Notes: generated by a model from the letters alone, not told the origin. 64,000 bases of DNA from Acidobacteriota bacterium (GCA_003222675.1 QHWT01000068.1:7969-71968), one strand, 5' to 3'; counted from the stretch's first letter, positions 30,123 to 39,911 are shown. Made by a program: numbers and translations.

Positions 30123-30446
30123 TTACCAGCGTGGTTCGCGACGGCCGCCGCGATTGCCACCGCCGCCGCCGAAGCCGCCACCACCGCTGCCCGTCCGTTC
30201 CTTCGGACGCGCCTCGTTCACCGTCAAGTTGCGGCCGCCGAACGAGTAGTTGTTCAGCTTCTGGATCGCGTTCTGCGCGTCCTCGTCGCTGCCCATCTCC
30301 ACGAAGGCAAAGCCGCGCGCCCGGCCGGTGGCCTGGTCGCGCATCACGTTCACCGACTCCACCGTGCCGGCGCTTCCGAACAGATCCTGAAGATCCTGTT
30401 CGCCTGCGGTGTAAGGAAGGTTTCCGACGTACAGTTTCCGAGCCAT
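30123..30446 (-). CDS. RRM-domain RNA-binding protein with Gly-rich tail
   Basis: RNP2 KLYVGNL, RNP1 RGFAFVEM, LTVNEARP, GGGGFGGGGG. Confidence 0.95.
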   Translation of the reverse strand: MARKLYVGNLPYTAGEQDLQDLFGSAGTVESVNVMRDQATGRARGFAFVEMGSDEDAQNAIQKLNNYSFGGRNLTVNEARPKERTGSGGGGFGGGGGNRGGRREPRW

Positions 30447-30610
30447 GCTGCTGACACTCCTGCCCCGTTGAACGGGGACGCGTGGTGATGCCGGACCGTC
30501 AACGTCCGTTCATCGAACTAACGGGCCATGGGGTCACATGCGGACCCTGAGCGGTGGGAGAAGGCTCGTAGCTGAAAAGCGGCGGGCTGTTCTCAGACCT
30601 GACGCGCGGG

Positions 30611-30638
30611 ATCTTAGCACGGGTCGATCCATATACAA
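30611..30638 (-). promoter_or_regulatory. sigma70-type promoter of the RRM gene
   Basis: TTGTAT-N16-TAAGAT with extended TGn; implies a ~160-nt 5' UTR. Confidence 0.5.
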
Positions 30639-30737
30639 TCCCGGCCGTGCGGCTGCTTACCTCGGCCGTGACCCCTTACATTCTCGTCATCGGTCGAACA
30701 CTTCGGGCCTCGGGCTCCAGGCTTCGGGCTCCAAGCT

Positions 30738-33164
30738 TCAGGCTTCTCGCAGAGCCACCATGGGATCGACTTCCGTCGCGCGTCGCGCGGGGATGTAGCA
30801 CGCGGCAATTGCGACGCCGAGCAGCACCGCGGCGACGCCGGCGAACACCACCGGATCGCGACTCGTGACACCGAAGAGCAGCGACTCCAGGTAGCGCGTC
30901 ACCAGCACGGCGAGGATCACGCCGAGGACGATGCCGGCGCCCGCCGTGCGCAGCCCCTGGGTCAATACGAGCGACAGGATCGATCCGCGGTCGGCGCCGA
31001 GCGCCTGCCTGATGCCGAACTCGCGCACGCGCTGAGCGACGCCGAACGCAAGCACGCCATAGATGCCGATTGCCGAAAGGACGAGCGCGACTGCGCCGAA
31101 GAGCGCGAGCAGCGTCATCGGCGTCCGGCGGGTCTGCAGCGACCGCGCGACCCATTGATCGAGCGTCCGCACGTCCGCGATCGGCTGCTCCGGATCGATC
31201 TCGCGCACGGCCGCGCGAACCTGCGGCACGAGCGCCTGTGGATCCAGGCCGGTCTTCAGCACGAGCGCCATGGTGCGCGGCGCCGCCTGCGTTGCCGGAT
31301 AGTAGATGCGCTCCTTCGTGACCGGCTGCCCCAGGTCGATGCTGTTGATCGTGCCGACGACACCGACGATCGTGAACTTCGGGCTCGTCGGCCCGCCGCG
31401 CTGAATCTGCGCCCCCAGCGGACTGCGGGCCGCGAAGTACTTCTTCACGAGGTATTCGTCGATGACGATGACGGGCGGCGCGTCGCGCGTGTCGCCGTCG
31501 CCAAACAGGCGGCCCGCCACCAGCGGAATCTGCATCGCCTTGAAGTACTCGCCGCCGACGACCTCCTGCCGTCCGTGCGGCGCCGGATCGCCCGGCGCCT
31601 GGTTCAGCCCGACAATCGAGTACGACCCGGAGCTGACATTCCCATTGAACGGCACGTTCGTCGTGAGTCCCGCCGACGTGACGCCCGGAATGCTTCGCAC
31701 CTTGTCGAGCGCACGCGTCCAGAACGCCACCCGCGCCCCATCGTCGGGATAACGCGAGGCCGGGAGAGCGAGTTGCGCGGTGAGCACGTTGTCGGTCGAG
31801 AAGCCCGGATTCACATCCTGCAGCCGCGCGAAGCTCTTGATCAGCAGTACCGCGCAAATGAGCAGCACCACCGCGAGCGCCGTCTCCGCGATCACCAGCA
31901 GGCCGCGCGTGGCGCCGGTCGATCTGCCCGAGGTCCCCCGCGTGCTGTCGTCCTTCAGGTACGCCGCAGCGTTCCCTCGAGCGATCGTGATCGCGGGTGC
32001 AATGCCGAACACGAGGCCTGTGAGAAGCGCGAGGCCGGCGGTGAACAACAGCACCGCGGGATGGAGCGATGCGTCGGGTGAGCCGGGAATCTCAGTCGTG
32101 CTGATCGCAATGAGCGCCTTAACGCCGATCAAGCCGAGCACCAGCCCGCCGGCGGCGCCGCCAATCGACAGCACGATCCCTTCGGTCAGCAGCTGTCGGA
32201 GGATGCGCCACTGTCCCGCCCCGAGCGTTGAGCGGATTGCCAGCTCGCGTGACCGCGCGGTCGCCCGCATCAGCAGCAGGTTCGCCACGTTCGCGCACGC
32301 GATCAGCAGCACGACGATGACGCCGGCCTGCAGCACGTAGAGGGCCGCCCGGACGTCGCCGACGATCTGATCGCGCATGCTCACCGCGAAGCCGCCGAAT
32401 CCGCTCGTCTTCGCGAACGCCGCGCGGGCCGGCAGGCGTTCGATGTTGCGATCGACGATGGTCTTGAATTGCGCGTCGGCCTGCGCGATGGTCGCGCCTG
32501 GACGAAGCCGCGCGATCATCGAGCTGAATTCATTGCCCCTCGCATTGTCGGACATCTGCTCCGGCGTGAACGAGAACGGGATCAGCAGCGCAACGTTGCG
32601 CGCAGGCAGCTCGAAATCCGCTGGCAACACGCCCACCACGCGATAGGCTTCACCGTTGACCCTGATGTCGCGGCCGACGATGCCGCGATCCGATGCGTAA
32701 TGCGACGTCCACAATCCGTACGTCAGGATCGCGAACTTGTCGGCGTTGGGCTTCGCTTCGTCGTCGGAGAATCCACGTCCGAGAAACGGATAACGCTGCA
32801 GGGCGGAGAAGAAGGACGGCGTCACCGCGAGCGCGCCCAGTTGTTCGGGATTGCCGCCTTCGTTCAGGTTGGCGCTGCGTCGCGTGAAGAGCGTCGCGTC
32901 CTCGACGGCGGGCGCCTGCGCCCGGCGGTCGAGGTAATCGGGAATCGAGACGCTCGCCTGCGGAAGATTGATGCCCGGATACGTGTTCCACACGAACACC
33001 AGGCGGCCGGCGTCCGGATACGGCAGCGGCCGCAGGAGGATTTGATAGAGGAGGCTGAAAATCGCCGTGTTCGCGCCAATGCCGAGCGTCAGCGTCAGGA
33101 CGGCAACGAGCGTGAAAATCGGCTGTTTGCGCAACGCGCGCAGCGCATACCGAAAGTCGTGCAT
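30738..33164 (-). CDS. ADOP-family duplicated ABC transporter permease
   Basis: DFRYALRAL, LGIGANTAIFS, LLIACANVANLLL, RELAIR.LGA, GIYGV, IPARRATEVDPMVALR. Confidence 0.92.
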   Translation of the reverse strand: MHDFRYALRALRKQPIFTLVAVLTLTLGIGANTAIFSLLYQILLRPLPYPDAGRLVFVWNTYPGINLPQASVSIPDYLDRRAQAPAVEDATLFTRRSANLNEGGNPEQLGALAVTPSFFSALQRYPFLGRGFSDDEAKPNADKFAILTYGLWTSHYASDRGIVGRDIRVNGEAYRVVGVLPADFELPARNVALLIPFSFTPEQMSDNARGNEFSSMIARLRPGATIAQADAQFKTIVDRNIERLPARAAFAKTSGFGGFAVSMRDQIVGDVRAALYVLQAGVIVVLLIACANVANLLLMRATARSRELAIRSTLGAGQWRILRQLLTEGIVLSIGGAAGGLVLGLIGVKALIAISTTEIPGSPDASLHPAVLLFTAGLALLTGLVFGIAPAITIARGNAAAYLKDDSTRGTSGRSTGATRGLLVIAETALAVVLLICAVLLIKSFARLQDVNPGFSTDNVLTAQLALPASRYPDDGARVAFWTRALDKVRSIPGVTSAGLTTNVPFNGNVSSGSYSIVGLNQAPGDPAPHGRQEVVGGEYFKAMQIPLVAGRLFGDGDTRDAPPVIVIDEYLVKKYFAARSPLGAQIQRGGPTSPKFTIVGVVGTINSIDLGQPVTKERIYYPATQAAPRTMALVLKTGLDPQALVPQVRAAVREIDPEQPIADVRTLDQWVARSLQTRRTPMTLLALFGAVALVLSAIGIYGVLAFGVAQRVREFGIRQALGADRGSILSLVLTQGLRTAGAGIVLGVILAVLVTRYLESLLFGVTSRDPVVFAGVAAVLLGVAIAACYIPARRATEVDPMVALREA

Positions 33165-33206
33165 GCGCGCTTAGACGTGGGGAGAAAGTGGAAGGTTTGA
33201 AATTCT

Positions 33207-35123
33207 GTCGCGGTAGGGACGCCGGTTGACCCGGAGCCCCCCGCACAGATCCGTACGTGCAGAATTGCTGCATACGGCTCCTACCTTGGATGCATCGCGT
33301 CGAAGCGCACGTTCGGGTGCGGATGCAGAATGCGGGCACTGGGTATCCACACATCAACGAGTCGCAGGAACCGCACCCAGGTCAACCGCCGACGCGGCCC
33401 ACGACGCCGAAGCGCGCGATACCAGCGCCACATAACCTGAGTTCGAAAGCTGTTCAGACGATCCATGTTGCCGGGCACCGCGTGGTAGTTGAAGTAGCCT
33501 TGGACAACGGCTCTCAGCCACCGGCCCGTCATCGGCGCTGGCTCATGCCAGCGGCGACGAAGCGCCTCTTTGATTACCGCGAGCTTGGCGGAGAAGCGCC
33601 GCCGAATCGTCTGGCGTTTGACGATGAACCGACCGGTCTTCCGGGTTGTCCCGCAGATATGGGTGAAGCCCAGGAAGTCGAACGTCTCCGGCTTGCTCTC
33701 GCCTCGCGCCTTTCGGTGGTCGGCTGCGTGTCGCCCGAACTCAATCAGGCGGGTCTTGTCCGGGTGCAGCTCTACCCCGAACGCGGCCAAGCGCGCTCGC
33801 CACGCCGCGAGGAAGCGCTCGGCATCACGTCGATGCTCGAAACCCACCACGATGTCATCCGCGTAGCGAACGACGATCATGTCGCCGCCGGCGTGTTGCC
33901 GGCGCCAGCGGTGGGCCCCCAGGTCGAAGACATAGTGCAGGTAGACATTCGCCAGCAGCGGCGAGATGACCGCGCCTTGCGGCGTGCCCACTTCTGTTTT
34001 CGACCACTCGCCGTCTTCCGACACGCCCGCTCTCAGCCACTTCTGGATGAGGCGCAGGATGCGCCGGTCGGCGATGCGGTGCTCGACGAACTTCTTCAGC
34101 CATCCGTGATCGATGGTGTCGAAGAACCCACGGATGTCCGCGTCAAGCACCCAGTTCACCTGCTTGCGCATGAGACCCACCCAGAGCGCATCCAACGCGT
34201 GATGCGGACTGCGCTTGGGGCGGAACCCATACGAGAAGCCTACGAAATCCTCTTCGTAAATCTGATTGAGGACCGTCCCGACCGCGTGCTGGACAATCTT
34301 GTCTTCCAGCGCCGCGATGCCGAGCGGGCGCTGCCGCCCGTCAGGTTTCGGGATGTAGGCGCGCTTGGACGGCTGCGCCCGGTACGTCCCCTGATGCACA
34401 CGGCCGTGCAGTGCACGCAGTCGTGTGTCGAGGTCCGTCTCGTACTCCGTCCATGTCACACCGTCCACTCCAGGCGCGGCCTCTCGCTTCAGGGCATAGA
34501 AGCTCACCTGCAGTTGTGCGACGGTCACGTGATGAAGCAGCGCGGTGAACCGTGCCCGCTTGTCTCGTCGTGCGACTTCCCGCACACCGAGCAGCGCGCT
34601 CGACTCGCCAGTCCGGCGCTGCGTCCGGGGCGCGGTCGCCTGCTCGGTGTTCTCCTTGGTCGGTCGCCTTCCCTCCAGGACCTCCGTGGACTCACCGGCG
34701 TCCTCGTTCGGCCCCTTCGTCGGTACTACGCGACCGTCCGCCTCCCCATCAACGTGCGCGCTGGACGGGCGGCTCATGGCCTTTTCCAGCCGGCCCGCTC
34801 CGTCGTGGCTGTCGGGCGTTGACGGGGTCTCCCGGTTCTCGCGCGCGGAGTTTCCCTGCATGCGAGGGGTCTCAGACTGCGCGGAGTCGCGCACCGGCTC
34901 GCGATAACGCCGGCTCGCGTGTGGCCTTCCGCTTTGCTGAACAGCGTCGGCACTCCGGTGGCGATTGTTTCGCAGCTCAATACCCTGCCTGCATGTGCCC
35001 CTGTCAACGCTTCGATGGCGTCCTTGCGGACAGCCACGCATGACTCGGGGTCAGGATGGATCGCTACTCCTTTCCTGTGAGACTCTTGCATTCTCGACTC
35101 CGCGCCGGTTTATCCCGGCGCAC
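33207..35123 (-). mobile_element. group II intron (about 1917 nt) with RT/maturase ORF
   Basis: 5' GTGCG at 35123; domain V GAGCCGTATGC..GCACGTACGGATC; domain VI ending CCCTACCGCGAC at 33207; EBS1 TCAGCA (34935-34940) complementary to IBS1 TGCTGA (35124-35129). Confidence 0.9.
33281..34777 (-). CDS. ltrA: group II intron reverse transcriptase/maturase, no endonuclease domain (start uncertain)
   Basis: APGVDG, IPKPDG..RPLGI..EDKIVQ, FSYGFRP, DADIRGFFD, GTPQG.ISPLLAN, VRYADD, FDFLGF, GYFNY. Confidence 0.92.
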   Translation of the reverse strand: MSRPSSAHVDGEADGRVVPTKGPNEDAGESTEVLEGRRPTKENTEQATAPRTQRRTGESSALLGVREVARRDKRARFTALLHHVTVAQLQVSFYALKREAAPGVDGVTWTEYETDLDTRLRALHGRVHQGTYRAQPSKRAYIPKPDGRQRPLGIAALEDKIVQHAVGTVLNQIYEEDFVGFSYGFRPKRSPHHALDALWVGLMRKQVNWVLDADIRGFFDTIDHGWLKKFVEHRIADRRILRLIQKWLRAGVSEDGEWSKTEVGTPQGAVISPLLANVYLHYVFDLGAHRWRRQHAGGDMIVVRYADDIVVGFEHRRDAERFLAAWRARLAAFGVELHPDKTRLIEFGRHAADHRKARGESKPETFDFLGFTHICGTTRKTGRFIVKRQTIRRRFSAKLAVIKEALRRRWHEPAPMTGRWLRAVVQGYFNYHAVPGNMDRLNSFRTQVMWRWYRALRRRGPRRRLTWVRFLRLVDVWIPSARILHPHPNVRFDAMHPR

Positions 35124-35151
35124 TCAGCAGCCTGTTAAGGCTCAGGCTGGC

Positions 35152-35736
35152 TCAGGGCTTCTCGATGATGTCGAGGATCTCGCTGACTGCGTGGCGCCCC
35201 TTGTCTTCCGCATACCACCGGTGCCGCAGCTCGCGGACCTGGTCTGGATAGAGGCCCTCGCCGCGCTCGTCGATGTAGTGGAGCAGCGCAGCCGGACGCT
35301 CGATGAATACGCCCTTCACCGCACCGCGATTATCGAGGACGACGATCGTCGGGGTCGCCGTGCGCCCATCCGGAGTCTGGTGCGCGTCCTTGACCTCCTG
35401 CCCCGCCGCCGACGAGACGATCCGCATCGATAGCTTCTCGGGAACCGATTCGGCGAGCTTCGCGAGATACGGCAGGGTATTGACCGAATCGTGGCACGAA
35501 TCATCCGCGACGACGAGCAGCTGCCAGTGTCCCTTCAGCGCGCGCGCACGCGCCAGCGCCTCATCGTCGATCGTGGCGTGCGCGTACTTGTTGCGCCACT
35601 CGTCCGCCAGCACGCGCGCATTCGACAGGAATTCGCCGAACGGAATTCCCTTTTCGTAGTACGACGCGTAGTCCACGCCGTGCTGCGCCAGTGAATGGAC
35701 GCCGATCGCCATCAGCAGGACGAGAGAATTGATCAT
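35152..35736 (-). CDS. secreted thioredoxin-fold protein (CxxS variant)
   Basis: LLVVADDSCHDSVNTLP, TPDGRTATPT, ERP; signal peptide. Confidence 0.7.
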   Translation of the reverse strand: MINSLVLLMAIGVHSLAQHGVDYASYYEKGIPFGEFLSNARVLADEWRNKYAHATIDDEALARARALKGHWQLLVVADDSCHDSVNTLPYLAKLAESVPEKLSMRIVSSAAGQEVKDAHQTPDGRTATPTIVVLDNRGAVKGVFIERPAALLHYIDERGEGLYPDQVRELRHRWYAEDKGRHAVSEILDIIEKP

Positions 35737-35815
35737 GGCTTCGGGCTTCAGGCTTCAGGCTTCGGGCTTCGGGCTTCGGGTTCGGACCTCGGACCTCGGA
35801 CCTCGGACCTCGGAT
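35737..35815. repeat. heptamer tandem repeats GGCTTC[AG] and GGACCTC
   Basis: Visible directly; the same GGCTTC[AG] family occurs at 16037-16078, 17520-17569 and 30701-30746. Confidence 0.85.
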
Positions 35816-35829
35816 CCATAATAAGCGGT

Positions 35830-36273
35830 ATGTCGACCCACTCATATTTCAGTCTTGTCATTGCCCTGGCCGTCGTGGCGCTGCTGGCTGGATGCGGCGG
35901 GAGCTCCACTCCGACGGCCCCCGATCAAAGCAGCGTCCCGTTTTCGCAGGCGGAACTGCGCGAGGGAACCGGGGCGGAAGCGACGAGCGGGAAGAGGCTG
36001 GCCGTGAACTACGCCGGATGGCTGTACAGTCCGACGGCGGCCGAAAACAAGGGAGCGCTCTTCGACACGAGCGTCGGGCGCGGCGCGTTTTCGTTTACGC
36101 TCGGCATCGGCCAGGTGATCGCGGGATGGGACCAGGGTCTCGCGGGATTGAAAGTCGGCGGCGTGCGCCGGCTCGTGATCCCGCCGTCACTCGCTTACGG
36201 CGCGAGCGGCAACGGGCCGATTCCGCCGAACGCGGCGCTCGTCTTCGAGATCGAGTTGCTTGACGTGCAGTAG
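35830..36273 (+). CDS. FKBP-type peptidyl-prolyl isomerase lipoprotein
   Basis: Lipobox LLAGC; VNYAGWL, FDTS, QVIAGWDQG, LVIPPSLAYG, IPPNAALVFEIEL. Confidence 0.93.
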   Translation: MSTHSYFSLVIALAVVALLAGCGGSSTPTAPDQSSVPFSQAELREGTGAEATSGKRLAVNYAGWLYSPTAAENKGALFDTSVGRGAFSFTLGIGQVIAGWDQGLAGLKVGGVRRLVIPPSLAYGASGNGPIPPNAALVFEIELLDVQ

Positions 36274-36933
36274 CCGGTGGCGCAGCATCATGCCGCCGAG
36301 CACCAGCGCGAGCTCGCTCAACGGCACCGGCTCGGTCGCAACCTCCACGCGCCCGTCACGCACCGCCGCGCAAATCGCGTCCGCGTGCGCTTCGGAAGCG
36401 ACGAGCGAATGCGTGCGACCGAGTTGACGGATGTCGTGCGTGTCCGAGTTGCCGACGATCGGCTTTCCGTGCGCCCGCGCCCACCGCGCGGCGCGCGAGT
36501 TGAAGTCCAGCCGCTTCGTCCAGAAATAGCTCCACTCCACGGCGTCGAACAGGTGGGCGTGTCTATCGAGCTGACGCCCCAGGCACGAGGCGCCGGGAAA
36601 GAATGGATGCGGTGCGATGACGATTCCGTTCGCGCGCGACTTCAGCCACTCGAGGTCGCGGAACGTAAAAATCGATTCCGCCGCGGCACGCGCGAAGTTG
36701 ATCAGCAGGACATGCTTGCCTTCAATTGTCCTCTCGATCCCGGGAAGCAGAACGACGCCGCGCTCGCGCGCGAATGCTGTAAGGGACGAGTCATCCAGCT
36801 GACGATCGTGCAGTGTGATCGCCAGCGCGCCATAGCCAGCGGCGGCGGCCCGATCGATGAGCATCGCCGCGTCGTGGTGTATCAGATCGACCGGATCTTC
36901 ACCGCTGTGGAGATGAAAGTCTACTTTCAACAC
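36187..36933 (-). CDS. PHP-domain metal-dependent phosphoesterase
   Basis: KVDFHLH, LAITLHD, GIE, HVL, APHPF, GNSDTH; GTG start chosen; 3' end overlaps FKBP gene by 87 nt. Confidence 0.85.
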   Translation of the reverse strand: MLKVDFHLHSGEDPVDLIHHDAAMLIDRAAAAGYGALAITLHDRQLDDSSLTAFARERGVVLLPGIERTIEGKHVLLINFARAAAESIFTFRDLEWLKSRANGIVIAPHPFFPGASCLGRQLDRHAHLFDAVEWSYFWTKRLDFNSRAARWARAHGKPIVGNSDTHDIRQLGRTHSLVASEAHADAICAAVRDGRVEVATEPVPLSELALVLGGMMLRHRLLHVKQLDLEDERRVRRNRPVAARAVSE

Positions 36934-36991
36934 GCCTTCCGCCCATGAAGTGTTCGTTTCCGACCAGTTTCCCTGCGTCACCCCGCAGTTG

Positions 36992-37007
36992 AGCAAAGGG
37001 CGTTCCT
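36992..37007 (-). promoter_or_regulatory. probable sigma54 promoter for the PHP gene
   Basis: AGGAACGCCCTTTGCT = GG-N10-GC. Confidence 0.5.
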
Positions 37008-37119
37008 GGTCGGTGGTCGGTGGTCGGTGGTCGGGGCGCGGTGGGCCGGTTGGCGGGGAGATCGGGTAAATTACAAAACTCGCGGGTTCCGCGTCAGGTC
37101 AATGTTGGACGGAAGATTT

Positions 37120-37509
37120 TCACTGCTTAATGACACGAACGGCTTCCGAGCGTGCGCTCTCGCGCGACGCGCTCTCGTCGGTGACGAATCCGGCAACCTG
37201 CAATGTGTGTGATCCGGCCGCCATCACGGGCAGCTGGCACGTGCACGCGAAGCGACCGCTCGTCGACGTCGATCCACACGACACATCTGTCGCTTCGCTG
37301 CGGGTATTGTCTACATACATCGCGTAACGGAACGACGCCAGCTCCCCGGTATCTGTTGCGGGCTGCTCCCATCCAAAGCGTTCGAGGCCGCTGATCCTCT
37401 CCACGTCGCTCGATCCTGCCGCGCCGGACGAGCCGCCGCACGCCGAAAGCACAAGGCACACGGACGATACGGCCATACGCGCTGAGAGACGATGAACAAA
37501 AAGGCTCAT
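37120..37509 (-). CDS. hypothetical lipoprotein
   Basis: Lipobox VLSAC followed by GGSSG linker and a beta-rich domain with Cys residues. Confidence 0.6.
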   Translation of the reverse strand: MSLFVHRLSARMAVSSVCLVLSACGGSSGAAGSSDVERISGLERFGWEQPATDTGELASFRYAMYVDNTRSEATDVSCGSTSTSGRFACTCQLPVMAAGSHTLQVAGFVTDESASRESARSEAVRVIKQ

Positions 37510-37604
37510 GGCTTATGATTCATCGCTGATGCTGGCTTATTGTCCCCGTCTGAAGCCTCGAGCCGCCGTGAGCGATGAGCCATGACCCTCACTATAATCG
37601 CGTG

Positions 37605-38849
37605 ATGCGAGCCGGTCGAGTGATTGCTGCGGTGATCCTGCTCGCGTGCGCCATCACGCTCATCGCGCAGGTGCCGCTGCGGATGCGCACGTATGCGTCG
37701 GGATTCACGAACCCGCTCGCGTTCGTCCAGGATCCATCCGATCGCAACGTGCAGTTCGTGGTCGAGCAGGCGGGACGCATTCGCGTGGTCCGCAACGGCG
37801 CGACGCTCGATGCCGACTTCCTCGATCTGCGCGGCGCGGTCGTCGCGGGTGGAGAGCAGGGACTGCTCGGTCTCGCGTTTCCACCGGATGCGTCGAGCCC
37901 GCGCTTCTTCGTCAACTTCACCGATCGCGCCGGCAACACGGTCGTGGCTCGGTTCCGGCGATCGTCGAATCCGGTGGTGGCGGATCCCAACTCGCGCATC
38001 GATCTGCGATGGAGCGACGGCTTCAATTTCATCCGCCAGCCCTTCTCGAATCACAACGGCGGCAACCTCGTGTTCGGACCCGACGGCTATCTGTATATCG
38101 GCCTCGGCGACGGCGGGGCAGCGGATGATCCCGAGCATCGCGCGCAGAACCCGGCCGAACTGCTCGGCAAGATGCTCCGGATCGACGTCAACGTCGCGGA
38201 CTCGCACCCATCAGGGTACGACGTGCCGCCAGACAACCCGTTCGTCAACGCGCCGGGCACGCGACGCGAGATCTGGGACTTCGGCTTGCGGAATCCGTGG
38301 CGATACACGTTCGACGATCCGTCGCGCGGTGGCACTGGCGCGCTCGTGATTGGAGATGTCGGTCAGAACCGGATCGAGGAAGTGGACTACGAGCCGCGCG
38401 GACGCGGCGGACGCAATTATGGCTGGCGCAATCGCGAAGGGGCGCACGACTACGTGACGTCGCGCCCACCCGCATTCACGCCGTTGATCGATCCGATCTT
38501 CGAATACGACCACACCGTGGGAGCCTCCATCACCGGCGGCTACGTCTATCGCGGCGCCAGCCTGGGTCCCGATTACGTGGGACGCTACTTTTTTGCGGAC
38601 TTCATCCGCGGACGGGTGTGGTCCATCGCGCTGGCCGTCGATCCCGCCACCGCCGAAGCGCGCGCGACAGGACTGATCGAGCACACGGACGAACTCGGAG
38701 GCACGAGCGCTCTCGGAAACATCAGTTCGTTTGGCGTCGATACGGACGGCGAGTTGTACCTCGTCAGCTACTCGCGCGGGATTATCTTCAAGCTCGCGGG
38801 TCCGCTCGCGGCGCCTCCGACCCCGCTGAACCCTCGAATTGTGAGATGA
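37605..38849 (+). CDS. PQQ-dependent glucose/sorbosone dehydrogenase family protein
   Basis: VVEQAGRI, GEQGLLGLAF, NHNGG, FGPDGYLYIGLGDGG, LGKMLRID, GLRNPWR, DVGQ, SITGGYVYRG. Confidence 0.9.
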   Translation: MRAGRVIAAVILLACAITLIAQVPLRMRTYASGFTNPLAFVQDPSDRNVQFVVEQAGRIRVVRNGATLDADFLDLRGAVVAGGEQGLLGLAFPPDASSPRFFVNFTDRAGNTVVARFRRSSNPVVADPNSRIDLRWSDGFNFIRQPFSNHNGGNLVFGPDGYLYIGLGDGGAADDPEHRAQNPAELLGKMLRIDVNVADSHPSGYDVPPDNPFVNAPGTRREIWDFGLRNPWRYTFDDPSRGGTGALVIGDVGQNRIEEVDYEPRGRGGRNYGWRNREGAHDYVTSRPPAFTPLIDPIFEYDHTVGASITGGYVYRGASLGPDYVGRYFFADFIRGRVWSIALAVDPATAEARATGLIEHTDELGGTSALGNISSFGVDTDGELYLVSYSRGIIFKLAGPLAAPPTPLNPRIVR

Positions 38850-38948
38850 CTCATGACGCCACGTCTAAAGATCCGGCCTGCCTGCCGGCAGGAGACTGTC
38901 GAAGACACAGGTAGCCTGAGTTCTGAGCCTTGCCAGTAAAATACCCCC

Positions 38949-39869
38949 GTGGACCTGCGTCAGCTGGAGATCCTGCGCGCCATTGCCGAGACCGGCTCGT
39001 TCACCAAGGCTGGCGCGAAGCTGCACGTCTCGCAGTCGGCGATCAGCCGCCAGATCCTGCTGCTCGAGGAGGAGTTCGCCGAGCCGCTGTTCATTCGATC
39101 GGTCGGCCGCGTGCAGATGAGGCCGACCGGCGGGGCTCTCCTTCAGCTCAGCCACCGCGTCTTCGCAGACATTCGCGACACCGCCTCGCAGATTCTCGAT
39201 CATCAGCAGACGCTGACCGGCACATTGACCATCGGCGGCGGGATGACCGTCGGCATGTACGTGTTCCCCGCGTTGCTGAAGGAGTTCAGCCGGGTGCACC
39301 CCGCGGTCGAAATCAAGGTCGTGACGTCGGGGTCTGCGCGCATGCTGCGTCAGCTGCGCGCCGGCGCCGTCGACCTCGCGCTGCTGACGCTGCCGATCAC
39401 GGACACGGTGCTGCGAACCGATCCGGTCATGCGCGAAGAGATGCTGCTGGTCCTCCACCCCGCGCATCCGCTCGCGAAAGAGACCACGGCCATCACCGCC
39501 GCGCAGCTGCACGGGCAACCGTTCATCACGTTCGAGAGCGGCTCGAACACGCGGCGCGTGATCGACGAGTTCTTCGTCCGCGCGGAGATCGCTCCGCGCG
39601 TCGTGGCCGAGACCGAGAACGTGGAGATTGCGAAAGCGATGGTGGGTGCGGGACTCGGCATCAGCCTCGTGCCGTTCCAGGCCATTGCGCGCGAAGCGGC
39701 CGCCGGAACGCTCCGTTACGCGCGCGTCGCCGGGCCGCCCCTCGTGCGGACGACGGGATGGGTGTACCTGGAGACGGCGCGAGTGCCGCGGATGGTGCAG
39801 GCGATGATGGAGACGCTGACGCGCGTCGCGCCGCACCTGAATCTGACCCCGGATACCGAGATGGCGTGA
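38949..39869 (+). CDS. LysR family transcriptional regulator
   Basis: MDLRQLEIL..GSFTKAG..LHVSQSAISRQI..LEEE..LF.R HTH; GLGISLVP. Confidence 0.93.
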   Translation: MDLRQLEILRAIAETGSFTKAGAKLHVSQSAISRQILLLEEEFAEPLFIRSVGRVQMRPTGGALLQLSHRVFADIRDTASQILDHQQTLTGTLTIGGGMTVGMYVFPALLKEFSRVHPAVEIKVVTSGSARMLRQLRAGAVDLALLTLPITDTVLRTDPVMREEMLLVLHPAHPLAKETTAITAAQLHGQPFITFESGSNTRRVIDEFFVRAEIAPRVVAETENVEIAKAMVGAGLGISLVPFQAIAREAAAGTLRYARVAGPPLVRTTGWVYLETARVPRMVQAMMETLTRVAPHLNLTPDTEMA

Positions 39870-39887
39870 TGCCGCGCGCGCCTAGGT

Positions 39888-39911
39888 GCCGGGTCTAAAG
39901 ACCCGGCCTAC
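39888..39911 (-). repeat. GTAG-family REP hairpin
   Basis: Minus strand GTAGGCCGGGTCTTTAGACCCGGC; degenerate copies near 38863, 39926 and 61157. Confidence 0.7.

Noticed and set aside
33281-34777. RT as retron, DGR or defence RT
   Set aside because: Flanked by GTGCG, domain V/VI and EBS1-IBS1 pairing, with a maturase domain
33257-34822. 521-aa plus-strand ORF
   Set aside because: Antisense shadow of the intron RT; no recognisable motifs
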